64,000 bases of DNA from Octopus sinensis (lineage: Eukaryota). The notes beneath the pieces were generated by a model. That model was not told where the DNA came from. It worked only from the letters and a program-made list of their open reading frames with translations, and made no database searches. Shown in pieces: positions 26,809-40,718 of the stretch. The position numbers and the translations under genes are program-made. Where the stretch lies: the NCBI RefSeq assembly GCF_006345805.1, contig NC_043013.1, forward strand, positions 16,182,001-16,246,000, in the 5' to 3' direction. The first letter of the stretch is position 1; the number at the start of each line of letters is the position of its first letter.

Positions 26809-27375
26809 TTGGGTTGTCCGGAAAGTTTGTGCCATTTTTAAAGGAAAGAAAAAGGTCAATAAATACTTGCCATTACATTTTTAATAATCACCAAATATGA
26901 ACCATTTTGTTGCACAATGCGTCTCCATCTTTCCTTTAACTTGAAAACCCTCTTTCCAGAATTGAGGGGGTTTCATGGCAAAGAATTCATCAAGGTATCT
27001 TTTTTACATCATCCAAGGAATTGAAATTTTTACCATTAAGACTACTCTACAGAGACCTGAATAAGTGGAAATCCGAAGGAGCAATATCTGGTAAATATGG
27101 AAGGTGGGGTAACACATTCCAGCCCGAGCTGCAGCAATTTTTGTCTGGTTCCCAAAGCATCAGGTGCCGAAAATGAACTTTCTCATCTTTTATTTTAAAG
27201 GGTTACAGAATTAACACAGGTTATAGGAACATAAACCTTCTTCCACGAAAAGATAGCTTAAACTGTGCTCTAAATGGAGGTGTAGTCAAATCCTATTTTA
27301 TGGACTCAAACATGTTCTAAAATAAGTCGAAAGATAAGCTACTATAAATCGGCACGAACTTTCCGGACAACCCAA
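26809..27375 (-). mobile_element. Internally deleted mariner (DD34D type) with intact TIRs and TA TSD
   Basis: TA|TTGGGTTGTCCGGAAAGTTTGTGCC ... GGCACGAACTTTCCGGACAACCCAA|TA. Internal minus-strand peptide GWNVLPHLPYLPDIAPSDFHLFRSL. Confidence 0.9.
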
Positions 27376-27599
27376 TATTTTTATATTTTTATCATGAAAC
27401 TCTTAATATAAGTATGTGTATATTCGTATGTGCTACATCTGAACTTTCTTGTCTGAATGTTTTAAGACAAATATCCGAAATTTTTATCGTATACCACATT
27501 TTATTAATACTTAGCTCATATACGGAGACAAAAATGTTGTACTATATACTGCAGGTGTAAATTTTAGTAGATATGGGGTCCATGTAGATATAGTCCGAT

Positions 27600-29459
27600 G
27601 TCAGTGGTGATGAAGATGGAACATTTTGGTCTTCGACAGTAAAGATGCCGGCATAGCATCCAGCAATGATTTCTGCACATTCTTCGGGATTGCCAGTATT
27701 CTGTCCTGTGTGGGGATTGCGAAGGGGACCAACTGGAGAGTGGGGTCTCTACTTTGAGTGCACATACTTCCAGAACACTTTGCTGTTAGGGTTAGCTGCA
27801 ATGCGTTGTTCAAATTCAAGCACTGCTTTTTTTGTCACCTGCTCGAGAAGGTTGGCTGACCTATTGCGCTTTTTCCTGTTGCTCTCTGATTTGTGCAATT
27901 TGTATTCCTGTTCAGCATTACGGCGTTCTTTCCTAGCAAGTCGGACTGCTGCAGTCTCCCAAATTGCACTATTGGGTGGGGGGGGGGGTGCTTGCGTGGT
28001 ACTGATGCTGCACATGCTGCCCATATTGAATTCAGAATGTTCTGGAGTATAGTGTCCACATCTCCAGAGGCATAAAATTTGAGCCAGTTTGGGCGTTGCA
28101 GCTCAGTACAATAAGAGCTCCAGTCTGCTTTATTCTAGTCAAAGCGGGCAGTCTGAAGATGGTTGTGTTTTTTGTTACAACCAATCAGAGACAAGTCGGC
28201 CATGATCATGGAATGATCAGTCACCTAAAGGTTCTTCGGTAGTGACACTAATGATTGTTTCAGGAGAAGCGGTAAGTAGCAGATCCAAAGTGTTGTTACC
28301 CCTTGAGGGGGAGGTAACAACTTGGGACCAATTTGAATTCAGCACCAGTTCAAGGAAATCGTCTGCACTTTGCGGCCAACGGAAGGCCTCCCAGTCAATC
28401 TCAGGGAAATTGAAGTTGCCCGCAATATACACATACGTGGCTGTTTTCATGGCAGCAGCTCTGAAGATATCAAAAAGCTGTGCGTCTTGGCGATAATTTG
28501 GGGGGCGGTAAACGACTCCGAGCAGAAGTGTTGACATAGTCATGTGTATATTGAGAAAAATACTTCCTGCTGAGATTGGTTCAAATCATCACAGATCTGA
28601 TCGAACATAAATCATCACACCCCCTCCACGGCGATTAGTGCGGTCTTTGCGGAACAGTTTTTAGCCGTCTATGCTGAAAACTCCATCACAGAGTGCAGAG
28701 TGTGCCCATGTTTCCATGACTGTGATGAAATCTGGGTTCATACTTTTGATGTAGGAGTCACAAAGATGCACCTTGCTGCATAAACTACGGGCATTCAAGG
28801 ACAGCAGTTTATATCTGGATCTCAGATGATGATATACAGGGGATGGCTGATTGTTCTTGGTTAGTTTCCCAAGATTTTGTATTGCCAGTTGTTGTTGTGG
28901 GTGTAGTCTGCTCAGTCCAACTGGCATCATTTATCCACGACTCACCAGACTTGACAAATTTCCAGAATTGCCCATCATCGCTGAGGCTAAAACTCTCCTG
29001 TGGCACAGAGTTGCGATTTAGGGAAGCTACAGATCTTAGCTTTGGGCGTACATCGGGTGATAGGCCAGGACGTGTTCTAAAGTTGATAATGTTGTCACGC
29101 CGAGCTCTATCAGCAGCCAGATGGAATGTCCGCGCCTCAGTAAAGCCCGTAAACAACAGCCTGATCAGCATAGGTTTGGATCCCGGTCGGCCAAGGCGGG
29201 AAGCACTTTTTGGGGGGACACAGTTGAGATTCCTAGCTGTGTTTCCAATGAATGCCTGCAGATCTACCACATCTTCCGGCACTCCGATGGCTATTAATTC
29301 ATGAGTGGCTGGTTCAGCAACTCCCTCGATGCGTTGAGGTTCTGTACGAGCTACAGGTAAGTTGCTGAGCAGGGCACTCCGATATGACCTTTCACTGTGA
29401 GTTTTCGGACAGACACTGGTTCTGAGTCCTGCTACTTCACGACTCAAAGCAGAAACCAT
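27600..29459 (-). mobile_element. CR1/L2-group LINE 5' half: ORF1 (28809-29459) and APE endonuclease plus linker, no RT
   Basis: ORF1 RLGRPGSKPMLIRLLF; ORF2 LSLNARSL..VMETW..DRTNRRGGGVMIYV..GVVYRPP..AGNFNFPEIDW..SRGNNTLDLLLT; linker FWKYVHSK. Stops and frameshifts present. Confidence 0.85.
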
Positions 29460-30058
29460 TCATATGTATATATGTATATGTATTTATGGTGATGGAACAA
29501 GAAAATAAAGCTCAAAGTTTGAGTAAATATAAATTTCATTATTGATAATTACATACATACAGATATGTGCATATACACACACACGCACGTGCGACCACAC
29601 ACACACACTCACACACTATATATGTATCTGCTATCTGTGTATGTATGTACCCTTACAAGAAACAGTAACAGAATCCATTCTATATATCCACATGTATACA
29701 ACAGCAGCAACAGTGAATATCCACAAACGACCACCATATAAAACATCAGGGTTTTATGAATATTGAAACGAATCGCAGTTTAGCAGAATCCTCTTTAGAT
29801 TCTCTTCCATAAAAGCAGGAAAACTATACAAAGAAATTTATAGGATGAAAGAAAAACGTAGTCAATGACGGATATTCAAATAATTTCACTAACTTATGCA
29901 ACAATATAGAAGAACTCTATTCAACATAGAGGGAATGTTACAAACATATCGTATAGTAATGAAGCGGAAACAAACAGAAAAATTACAAATAAATATCTTG
30001 TGTGAACCAATTGCATTATGACTACAGAATAGAAGAACACGGTGTAAAGGAGTGTATG

Positions 30059-30189
<131 letters not shown>

Positions 30190-30567
30190 GTATATATATG
30201 TATATATATATATGAGTTTTGCATAAATAGATAAATATATTAATGAATAAATAAACAGGTAAATAAATAAATAAATGAATGAATGAATGTAGGCTCATTG
30301 AATAGAACGCAGTGTGCATTACACCCTTTCATAAAGAGGCGTTAATAATATATGAGGGAAAAACACGGAAACTAAATATACAAAATAATAAATTACATTA
30401 TATTATATGATATTATGTGTGTGTCTGCGCGCGCGCGCGAGTGTGTGTGTGTGTGTGAACATATGTATATGTATATATATATATATTATATATATATATA
30501 TATATTCATATATATACATATGCATGTATATAGGGATGTATGTATATATGTGAATATATGTGTATGA

Positions 30568-30626
<59 letters not shown>

Positions 30627-30931
30627 CATACACATATATACGTATATACATACACGCATACATTCATATTTGCTCAAACTTTGAGCTTTATTTTCTTGTT
30701 CCATCACCATAAATACATATACACACATACATACATGCATACATACGTACATGCATGCATACACACATACATACATACATACATACATACATACACACAT
30801 GTATATATCCACACACACATACATACATACATACACACATGTATATATCCACACACACATACATATATATACGTATATATATATATATATATTATATATA
30901 TATATATATATGCATATATATACGTATATGC

Positions 30932-30963
<32 letters not shown>

Positions 30964-31069
30964 GTGCATAAATACATACATTCATATTATATATATATTA
31001 TATGTATATATATATATGTATATATGCGCTCACATACACACACGCATGCGCTGTTGGTTGCGAGTAATA

Positions 31070-32322
31070 TTTCAGGACATATTTGGTAATTCAACAAAAC
31101 AATACTAATGTAGCAAAAGCTGAAAGTATTCTAACAAAAATATGTGCACATGTTCCCGATAAGCTTTCTTATAAGATTTTTCAATGAATCCACCTTCATC
31201 TTCAATGACTGCTTCCATGCAGGACCTGAATCGTTGACCTGCCTGCACTAAATGGTCTTTATTCGTTTTGGGCCATTATCTGGATAATAATGGTTTTCGG
31301 TGAACCTATGGTACAGCGAAGAGGTTTATTAGTCTCCCTTTCAGCAATGTTCCAAACATAGTAGCCCAAGTGATTTTAATCTGGCTATTGTAGAGACCAC
31401 ATGTTTAATGCTACATGACCGTAAAGTTTATCTGACATCTAATCTTGGGTTACATGGTCCTTGTGAGAAGCCGCTAAGGCTTGTTGAAACACATATAGCC
31501 ATATTTTGCGTACTTCACCCATCCGGAGTTTAACAACGGTTTTTAGTGCCTCAACATATCCAGCAACATTAATTGTAAGATCCTGTGGGAAAATGTGTAG
31601 TAGCATGATATAACCTTCGTTACTCATCACTCCTCAAGCCATCGCAATTGCTGGAAACCTCATGTGCATCACTCTGGAGGCATCAGAAGGATCTGCGCAT
31701 GACCAACTGTCATTTATCTTGATGCACTTTTGGGTTTCTTCGAAGTTTTTCTCATCAGAGAAGTACCAAGCATGACATGTCCGTGAAAATCTCTAACTTT
31801 GTTAAATAACCGCTTGGCACGAATTAATCGGTTTTTTTTTTTAATGTCTTTGCGGACATGAATTGTCCTCTCCTGAGTACATACGACTGGTATCGAATGT
31901 CCTCATTTGCCACAGTTCTGATAGACCTCTCCGACACCTGAAGTTCTTTGGCGATGGCCTTCATTAACCTTCTAGGATCCTCACTGTTAATGTTTTGAAT
32001 ATGCAGGATGAACTGCAGTGTCTTTATAGTGTCCAAACTTTTAGAATGTTTGTTTTTCTCTTTGATACGTTTGATATGCTTCCGCCAGAGGCTTCCAATT
32101 TCATCCAAACTTTATGTACAAGAGATCTTGCAACATTTAGAATGCTGGTAGTTCCTAAATTGCTGCGTTCTGCACATAGGGTAACAACGGCTTCATGTCA
32201 TTTCATTTCTTGTGTAAGTATTTTATCTGCTATGGAAGATCAGAAAAGAAAAATATTTTAATTAGTTTGAAGAAAGTAATATACTGGTAATTAAACATCC
32301 TCAAAGGCCTGTCACACCCTAT
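31070..32322 (-). mobile_element. Decayed maT-like (Tc1/mariner) transposon
   Basis: Fragments EDPRRLMKAIAKELQVSERSIR..EDIRYQSY, MSNEGYIM..YVFQQ and RFRSCMEAVIEDEGG; TIR-like GTCACACCCTATA at about 32310-32322. Confidence 0.75.
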
Positions 32323-32367
32323 AAATATAAATCTATCAATCTACCTACCCTATCTCTCCCTCTCTCG

Positions 32368-32419
<52 letters not shown>

Positions 32420-33809
32420 ATACGAACACACACACACACATATGTGGGGGGATGTGCGCGCGCGTGTGTATTTATGTATATGAGTATGTGTGTATGTATA
32501 TCTCCATTCCTGAATATTTAGAATCTACGTTGTATAAAGTTGTTTTACATGTGGGCGTATCTTGCGTAAGGTTATTTTACCAATAAAACGCACATGCACC
32601 GGCAATTAGCTAATCGATATCAAGGTTAATAGTTCGATCAATCAATCAACTGCTTTGTCAGTGTTCTTTCGTCGTCATTCACCAATGACATGCACATCGG
32701 TCCCTTTCTTCCCAAAATCCCTGTTTAAAATGACTTGTTTCTAATCCCTTGCTGGTTATCACCGATAATCTGAATTGTAAAAAAATTATCTCTTGCATTA
32801 TTGACTTCATCAAATGTTTTAAAGTGTCGTCTGCAATTTCTTTTCCATTTAATCTAAGTTGTAGTTTACTTCTTTTGTACAATTTAAATCCTTCCAATTT
32901 CTTTTAAATTATTCCAAACTCCGCTAACTTTGAAATTTTGTACATGTGTTGGTAACAGCAGAACTACTTGATGGACATTTTTCAATCAATTTCAAAGAGA
33001 TTGCACCAGTCAGTTGATAAGAATCAACTGTAATCTCCTTGACGTTATTTGCCATTCTTTAATTGTTTAAGATGTCTTCCATATTATTTAGTTGTAATGT
33101 TGAAAAACATATAATTTAACAACGTTTACGGTGAATTTGTTTTGCATTTTAACAGTTTGTCAGGAGAGGAGAAGAAGCAGTGTTCGTGATTGACTTTGCT
33201 AAGCTACGCTCTAAGATTAATGTGATTGATACGATTGATATTAATGATTAATACTTTAAATACAAATAATATAAGACATTTACCAGCAGCTATCTAGAAC
33301 TTGTAATTATTTTTACTTGCAAATCTACCCATATACGATGGAGGTATAGAATGAGGTAGCGAAGTCATAAAAGCAGTATGTATTGAGAAATATGTAAACG
33401 GACTTTATAGATTACTGGATGATGTCTTAGAGAAGTCATATTATATTTGGTGATACAGCATTCCATTGCAGCTATATGACATGTGTTTGTGACTAAGTGA
33501 CATGTGATGATGATTCACTCTCGAACTGAAATAAGCTCCCAGCCTCAGTATCATGAATGGCTATGCGGACCACTCCTAACGAAAGCCAGAGTTTCCTCCG
33601 ACCACTACATAAGTATTAAGAAAACAAATGCTATTTAGATATACTTTTATATTAGTTGTTTACACTATTTTACGCTTGTTTATACTCTTATACATTCAAA
33701 GTTCACAAATTTCCTTATTTAAATTATGAATCATATTCCTTTCGATAGTATCAAAATGACTACAAAACTCTTTTGTGACGATATTTTCTGTGGTATATCA
33801 ATTCAAGAA

Positions 33810-34003
33810 GGCGGCGAACTGGCAGAAACGTTAGCACGTCGGACGAAATGCTTTGCGGTGTTTCGTCTGCCGCTACGTTCGGAGTTCAAATTCCGCCGGG
33901 GTCGATTAAATAAGTACCAGTTACGATATAATCGACTTAATCCGTTTGTCAGTCCTTGTTTGTCCCCTCTATGTTTAGCCCCTTGTGGGTAGTAAAGAAA
34001 TAG
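33810..34003 (+). mobile_element. SINE family A
   Basis: Match to 233-460 with an internal deletion. Confidence 0.8.
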
Positions 34004-34004
34004 G

Positions 34005-34499
34005 TATATCAATTCAAAACTCGATATCCACGAAATAATCATACTTTCTGATTTTCTTAATGCGAAAACCCTTCCTGACGATCGCCTTTGTAATCCCGAA
34101 AAATGTCGTAACCAATGGTCCAGCCATCTGGCCGTGAAGAGGGAACAGAGAAAGAGACAGACAGACGGACCATTATAGTAACGCCCATTATAGTAAGATA
34201 GCAAATCTGGCAATCTACCATGGGGAAATAAAGGGATAGTATTGCAAATCAAAATCCTCTAAATTCATGAACTATACGTGGGTGGGGATCCAGAGTTAAT
34301 CCTCGTCGCCGGAATTTTAACAAAAAAATCAAAGGTGAATTATTTATACAAAACTCAATATCCACTAAATAATCATACTTTTTCACTTTTTTTTTCGCTA
34401 AAAATCTTCCTGATTACCTACTTTGTAATCGTGAAAAACATCGTGACCCTTGGTCCAGCCGTTTGACTGTGAAGAGGGAACAGACAGACGGACTTAAGA
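34005..34499 (-). mobile_element. Two tandem 5' segments of non-autonomous Helitron-like elements
   Basis: Two related units, both containing GGTCCAGCC..GTGAAGAGGGAACAGA..GACAGACGGAC. Minus-strand starts A|TCTTACTATAAT (34198) and A|TCTTAAGTCC (34499). Confidence 0.5.
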
Positions 34500-34759
34500 T
34501 GCTTGTGGCTAAATCGTATCATAAGCGTCAAATGCAAATGTGACACAAGAATATGTTTGTTAGTCTGTTGTCGATGGTTTATTTGGTCCACTAGCGTAGA
34601 TGGGAGGAGGAGGGTTGCGGTACTTTTAAAGGAACACCACTTTTGGATCTCCTGTAGGCAATATGTGCTTTTTGTGGAGTCCCGGGACGGCCGCCCCGGG
34701 TGACACACACTCTAGTTACGAAATCATCAAGAGACTACGAAATCATCTTTGAACATCAG

Positions 34760-35600
34760 ATGTAGAACAGATTATCTCCAAGTAATTAGAATGGCTCCGA
34801 AAATATTTATGAACTTCATGTATTCACTCAGTATTTGAATAGTTTATTGTTTTTTTCTGCTGGTGGTTAAGAATCTACAAAATTATTTATGAACCTCATG
34901 TGTTTATACATTAGAAGAATAACTAATCTGGTGGTGATTAAGAATTTACGAAATTATCTATGAACTTCATGGGATCTTTTCGGTTTGAACGGCAGTTTCT
35001 AACATAATTTCTAGGTAACTAAAAAATTTTAAACTTCGTATACTGGTAGAATGTGTTTATAAAATATCTTTTTTCTCTTGGCTTTATTGAGAAAATTCTA
35101 TTGTTTGTAAGATATTTGTTGTTTTTTTTCTTCAATTTCTGCAATTTCAACCAATCACTGATGTCTATTGATGTAAAAAACATAAAAATATGTCCCTCGC
35201 TTAAGAAACAGATTGGGTTTATTTACATCTGTGAAGAAAAAAGATACTCTTCCCCCCACCCCTAACCCTAAAACAGATAGAAATGCTAGGGTCATAATTA
35301 TGGGTGACATTTTCATATGACACCGCTAGAAAAAACTGCCGTTCAAACCGAAAAGATCCGAAGAATAACTATTATAATATGGTGGTGATTAAGAATTTAC
35401 GGAATTATCCATGAACTCCATGTGTTCACACAATGGTAGAGCAGCTTATCTGCTGCTGGTACTTAAAGAGTCTACAAAGTTATCTGTGAACCTCAGCAGC
35501 AGAGTAACTTACATGCCGCTGGTTAAATGACTACGAAGTTATCTACGAACATCATGTGTTCACTCGGTAGTGGAATAGCTCACCTCTGGTACTTCAGTGG
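34760..35600 (+). repeat. Degenerate minisatellite (about 55-70 bp unit) interrupted by the MITE
   Basis: Recurring GGTGGTGATTAAGAATTTACGAAATTATCTATGAACTTCATGTGTTCAC-like unit on both sides of the MITE. Confidence 0.65.
34972..35359. mobile_element. MITE with TIR GGATCTTTTCGGTTTGAACGGCAGTTT (Merlin-like), copy 1
   Basis: Perfect 27-bp terminal inverted repeats; same family as 57606-58030; no TSD visible here. Confidence 0.85.
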
Positions 35601-36050
35601 CCGCGGAATGGTTTGCGGTAAAATGAGGAAGAGAATAAGGAGGATATGAGCTAGAAGAGAAATGTGAAACAGTGAGCAGGAAGGAGTAATTTCAGAGTAA
35701 AAGAAAGAGCAGATGAGAGAGGTAAAAGAGAGATGGGGAGGGAAATAATGAGCGTGAGAGAAAAGAATGATAAAGAAAATGTGAGAGAGTGAGGAGAAAG
35801 TGTGAGGAGAGCAGAATAAAATGAAAGAGAGGGGTGGAGTGAAAAACTTAGCTGCGAGAAAGAGAGGGCAAAGATGTGTGTGTGTGTGTATGATAGATAC
35901 TTAAACATATGTAAGTAGTTAGTGAGGGTATATGTGCATAATAACATGTATGTTTGTATGTATCTATGTATGTGTGTGTATATATGTGTGTGTATACACA
36001 CATCTATCTATCTATATTATATATATATATATATGAGTGTATGCGCATGA

Positions 36051-36145
<95 letters not shown>

Positions 36146-36152
36146 TATATAC

Positions 36153-36183
<31 letters not shown>

Positions 36184-36429
36184 TGTATCTATATAAGTAT
36201 ATATATATATATGCTTATATACACATGCATATATACATGTATAAACATACACATACACATACATACAACACATATACACGCAAATGGCTATGCATATATC
36301 TATACACACACATGCGAACATTCAAACACTGACACATATGCATATATATACACATACAAATATATATAAAAACAACTAACAGACAATTATCTGCAATTAT
36401 GCTGCTACACTGCACAACTTGCCAATTTC

Positions 36430-39400
36430 CTCTTCTTTGTTGCGCTGCACATTGCACAATACAACAACAGCAGCAGCAGTAACAACAACAATATCAATAA
36501 CAACAACAACAACAAAAACAACAACAACAATATCAATAACAACAAAACAATAACAACGACAACAGCAACAACAATAATAGCATAATAATAGCTGGAATAG
36601 CATTAGAAGTGACTGAGTCAATATTGATGTCGACAACTACAGCCACAACAACAACAAGCACAGCAACAACAACAAGCACAGCAACAACAACAAGCACAGC
36701 AACAATAACAACAACAACAAGCACAGCAACAACAACAACAACAACAAGCACAGCAACAACAACAACAACAACAAGCACAGCAACAACAACACAACAACAA
36801 CAACAACAAGCACAGCAACAACAACAACAAGCACAGCAACAACAACAACAACAACAAGCACAACAACAACAAGCACAGCAACAACAACAAGCACAGCAAC
36901 AACAACAACAACAACAAGCACAGAACAACAACAACAACAGCCACAACAACAACAAGCACACAGCAACAACAACAACAACAACAACAGCCACAACAAGCAC
37001 AGCAACAACAACAGCCACAACCACAACAAGCACAGCAACAACAACTACAACAACCACAACAAGCACAGCAACAACAACATCAACATCTATACGCACAGCA
37101 ACAACAACAGCAACAACAACAGCCAAAACCACAACAAACACAGCAACAACAACAACAATAACAGTGACAAGAACAAGACCAGCAATAGTACCAGCTTCAT
37201 TAACTGCAGTCGCTGCAACAACTACAGCAGCAGTTGCAGCAGCAGCAGCAAGAACAACAACAACAATAACATCAACAACAATAACAGCAATGTTAGAAAC
37301 AACAACAGCAGCAGCAGCACCAGCGATACCAATTGCATTAGCTGCAGCAGCTGCAGCGGCAACAACAACACTTTATGCCCAATTGCCTTATGTGCAGTAG
37401 CTTGCAACAACGGCAGCAGTGTTAAAAACCGCAATATCTGCACAATCTCAGCAATAATAACAACAACAACAGCAACAACACCGGCAGCATTTGCTGCAAT
37501 GGCCGCAGTAACAGCTGCATCATTACCAGTTGAACTAACTTCAATAGTTGCACCAGCAACAACACTTCAGAGTGCAATATCTACACCAAGTGCAGTACCT
37601 GTAAAAAAGCATCAGTACCAACAATAATGGGTGCATAAATTGCTGCACAGTCACAACAACAGCGCTATTGGCAAAGACACAAGATGGAGTAACAAGAGTG
37701 GTTGTAACAGCAATAATAGCAACGACACTAAAAGCTGTAACAGTGACACAACATGCACTTATTGCATTAGGGGAAACTGCAGCAACAACATCAGGAGTCA
37801 CACTAATTCCACAACCTCAGCAACAACGACAACAACAATTTCCGGCTGCACCAGGTGCAATAAAGGCACTAGCTGCAACAACAACAACAACACTATAAAA
37901 ACTATAACAGTGACACAGCGTGCACTAACTGCAGTAAGTCAAACAACCACAGCATCAGCAGCAACAGCTGCACTAAATCCACAATCTCAACGACAATGTT
38001 AAACTTCCAGCTGCATCATGTGCAATAACGGCAGTAGCTGCAACAACAACACTATAAACTGCAACAGTGACATAACATGCACTAACTGCAATTAGTCAAA
38101 GAAGAACAACAACGTCGACAGCCACAAATGCAGTAACACCACAATCTCAGCAGCAACAACGATTTTTAGCTGCACCAATAGGTACAACAGACTGCAGTAT
38201 CTACAACAGCAACAATAACAGCATTATAGACTGTAGCTGTGACACAACATGCACTAACTGCAGTTGGTGAAATTACAACAACAACATCAGCGGCCAGAAC
38301 TGCACTAACACCACAATCTCAACAGTAACAACAATTTTCAGCTGCACCAGGTGCAACAGACTGCAGTAGCTACAACAGCAACAATAACAACATTATAGAC
38401 TGTAGCTGTGACACAACATGCACTAACTGCAGTTGGTGAAATTACAACAACAACATCAGCGGCCAGAACTGCACTAACTCCACAATCTCAACAGTAACAA
38501 CAAATTTCAGCTGCACCAGGTGCAACAGACTGCAGTAGCTACAACAGCAACAATAACAACAACATTATAGACTGTAGCTGTGACACAACATGCACTAACT
38601 GCAGTTGGTGAAATTACAACAACAACATCAGCAGCCAGAACTGCACTAACTCCACAATCTCAACAGTAACAACAAATTTCAGCTGCACCAGGTGCAACAG
38701 ACTGCAGTAGCTACAACAGCAACAATAACAACAACATTATAGACTGTAGCTGTGACACAACATGCACTAGCTGCAATTGGTGAAATTACAACAACAACAT
38801 CAGCGGCCAGAACTGCACTAACTCCACAATCTCAACAACAAAGTTAACTTCCTGCTGTACCAGGTGCAATAACGGCAATAGCTGCAACGACATCTCTATA
38901 AACTATAACAGTGACACAAGATGCACTAACTGCATTAAGTCAAACAACAACTGCATAACTTCAACCTCAACAACAGCAAAAATATTATTTGTACCAGGTG
39001 CAACATCAACAGTTGCTGCAACTAGAGTTCCAGGAGTAACAACTTCAGTCGATCCACAATGTTCACAATAAATATAACTACATGCAACAGTTGCATTAGC
39101 TGCAAGACTTCAGCAACACTACAAAGAGCAACAGCTGCATTTACTGCAGTTGCTGTAACAACAGCAACAAAGTAGTGTCAACTGCACTTCTGCAACAAAA
39201 ACAATTGTATTGTCACAAACAGTTGCACTAACTGCAACAACAACTTAGCGATTCGGCAAAAGAGACCGATAGAATAAGTACTGAGCTTACAAAGAATAAG
39301 TCCCGGGGTCGATTTGCTCGACTAAAGGCGGTGCTCCAGCATGGCCGCAGTCAAATGACTGAAACAAGTAAAAGAGTAAAAGAGTAACAACAATTTTATT

Positions 39401-39480
39401 AGCAGTAATATCTGCATTAGCTGCAACAACAGTACCAGCAGTGATAGTTAAAATAACTGCAATAGCTGCAACGACAGCAG
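36430..39480 (+). repeat. 3-kb NCA/CAA triplet low-complexity region containing a 159-172 bp tandem repeat (about 37690-39000)
   Basis: Unit starts CTGCACCAGGTGC at 37846, 38011, 38170, 38342, 38511, 38683 and 38855. Confidence 0.85.
39244..39385 (+). mobile_element. SINE family B 3' tail
   Basis: GACCGATAGAATAAGTAC..GGTGCTCCAGCATGGCCGCAGTCAAATGACTGAAACAAGTAAAAGAG. Confidence 0.75.
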
Positions 39481-39706
39481 ACAAGAACTAATCTCGGAGG
39501 TCCGAGGAAGGCAATGGAACAACGCCATCTTCTAGATCAAACCAATAAGATTCATAAACATACATACATACATACATACATACATACGTGAATGCATACA
39601 TACGTGTGTATTTGTGTGTGTTGTGCGTGTGTGCATGCGTTAGTGTGTGTGTATGTATGTATGAATGAATGTTTATGCTTACATATATGTGCGTGAATGT
39701 TTGTGC

Positions 39707-39756
<50 letters not shown>

Positions 39757-39778
39757 GTGTGTGTACGTACGAACATAT

Positions 39779-40718
39779 TGTTACGGACCACCTGCCGTCG
39801 CTCAAACTCTTCGGAAAAACCCGGGATCCTACCAAGTCGAGCAACGACGATTGACCGGCTCGATCGATCAGAGCGAGTTCGCCACGGAAAGGAGAGAATT
39901 CGGCGGGGAAGAATGGCAGCAGCGAAACCGGCGACCGGAGATACCAAACAACAACAACAGTAGGAAGAGACACAAAGAGAGACGGCGGAAGGCAATTGGC
40001 TACATTTAACAACAGTTTATACAATTATACAGTTCATAGACAAATAAGTTCAGATCAAATCAAAACAACGACACATCAGGTATACATTTAAAGAAAACAA
40101 CAAATCAAAGCATTTAAACAGTTCAAATAACGTACACATTAACGATACAGTTCAGAGTTCTTTTAAAGTCTTTCTCCTTTTTTTCACATCACGTATCAAC
40201 ACAATTCACATCGTTCGTTATAATCCCTTTAGCACTGTTCTTTCTTATCAACAAGTCTTTTACTTAATTCACAATGTCCTTTATGATCTCTTTTTCCAGC
40301 ACATCAACTCTTTTACATTTCAACATCAATACAACAATCAACACAATTCAACAACACATACCGTTTCAGTTCCTACTATGATAGCCGTGTCTTCTATCCG
40401 CCGTAATCCCTCCTTCGCTCTCAGTCCTCTGTGTCTGTCTTTCTCAACTGACCGCTTCCTTCGTAATCCCATCTGCCTTGTTACCACCTCAATTTCTCCG
40501 GCTGAACTGACTCACAGACTCACAGCTCCTGCTTTTTTATGGGGTAGTTTCCTTGACCCTTCCCTGACCGGGAAAAGGGTAGAGGTCTTTCCAAAAGCCA
40601 TCACTCTTTCGTGAATCTGACAGAACAAAGGACAATAACTTTATATTGTAGACTTCCAGACTCCAAGCCAGCAAAGTAGGTCAAAAGCAATTGTTTACCA
40701 GTTGACCTACTCGTATCA
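39779..40718 (-). mobile_element. Solo LTR (940 bp, probably Gypsy-type)
   Basis: Termini TGTTACG...CGTATCA (6/7 inverted match, TG..CA) with a 4-bp TSD ATAT on both sides and no internal coding region. Orientation inferred from a TATA-like CATAAAAAAG on the minus strand. Confidence 0.75.

Noticed and set aside
38170-38860. Regular 170-bp repeats as a CRISPR-like array
   Set aside because: Whole units are repeated with no unique spacers, in a eukaryotic context with no cas genes.
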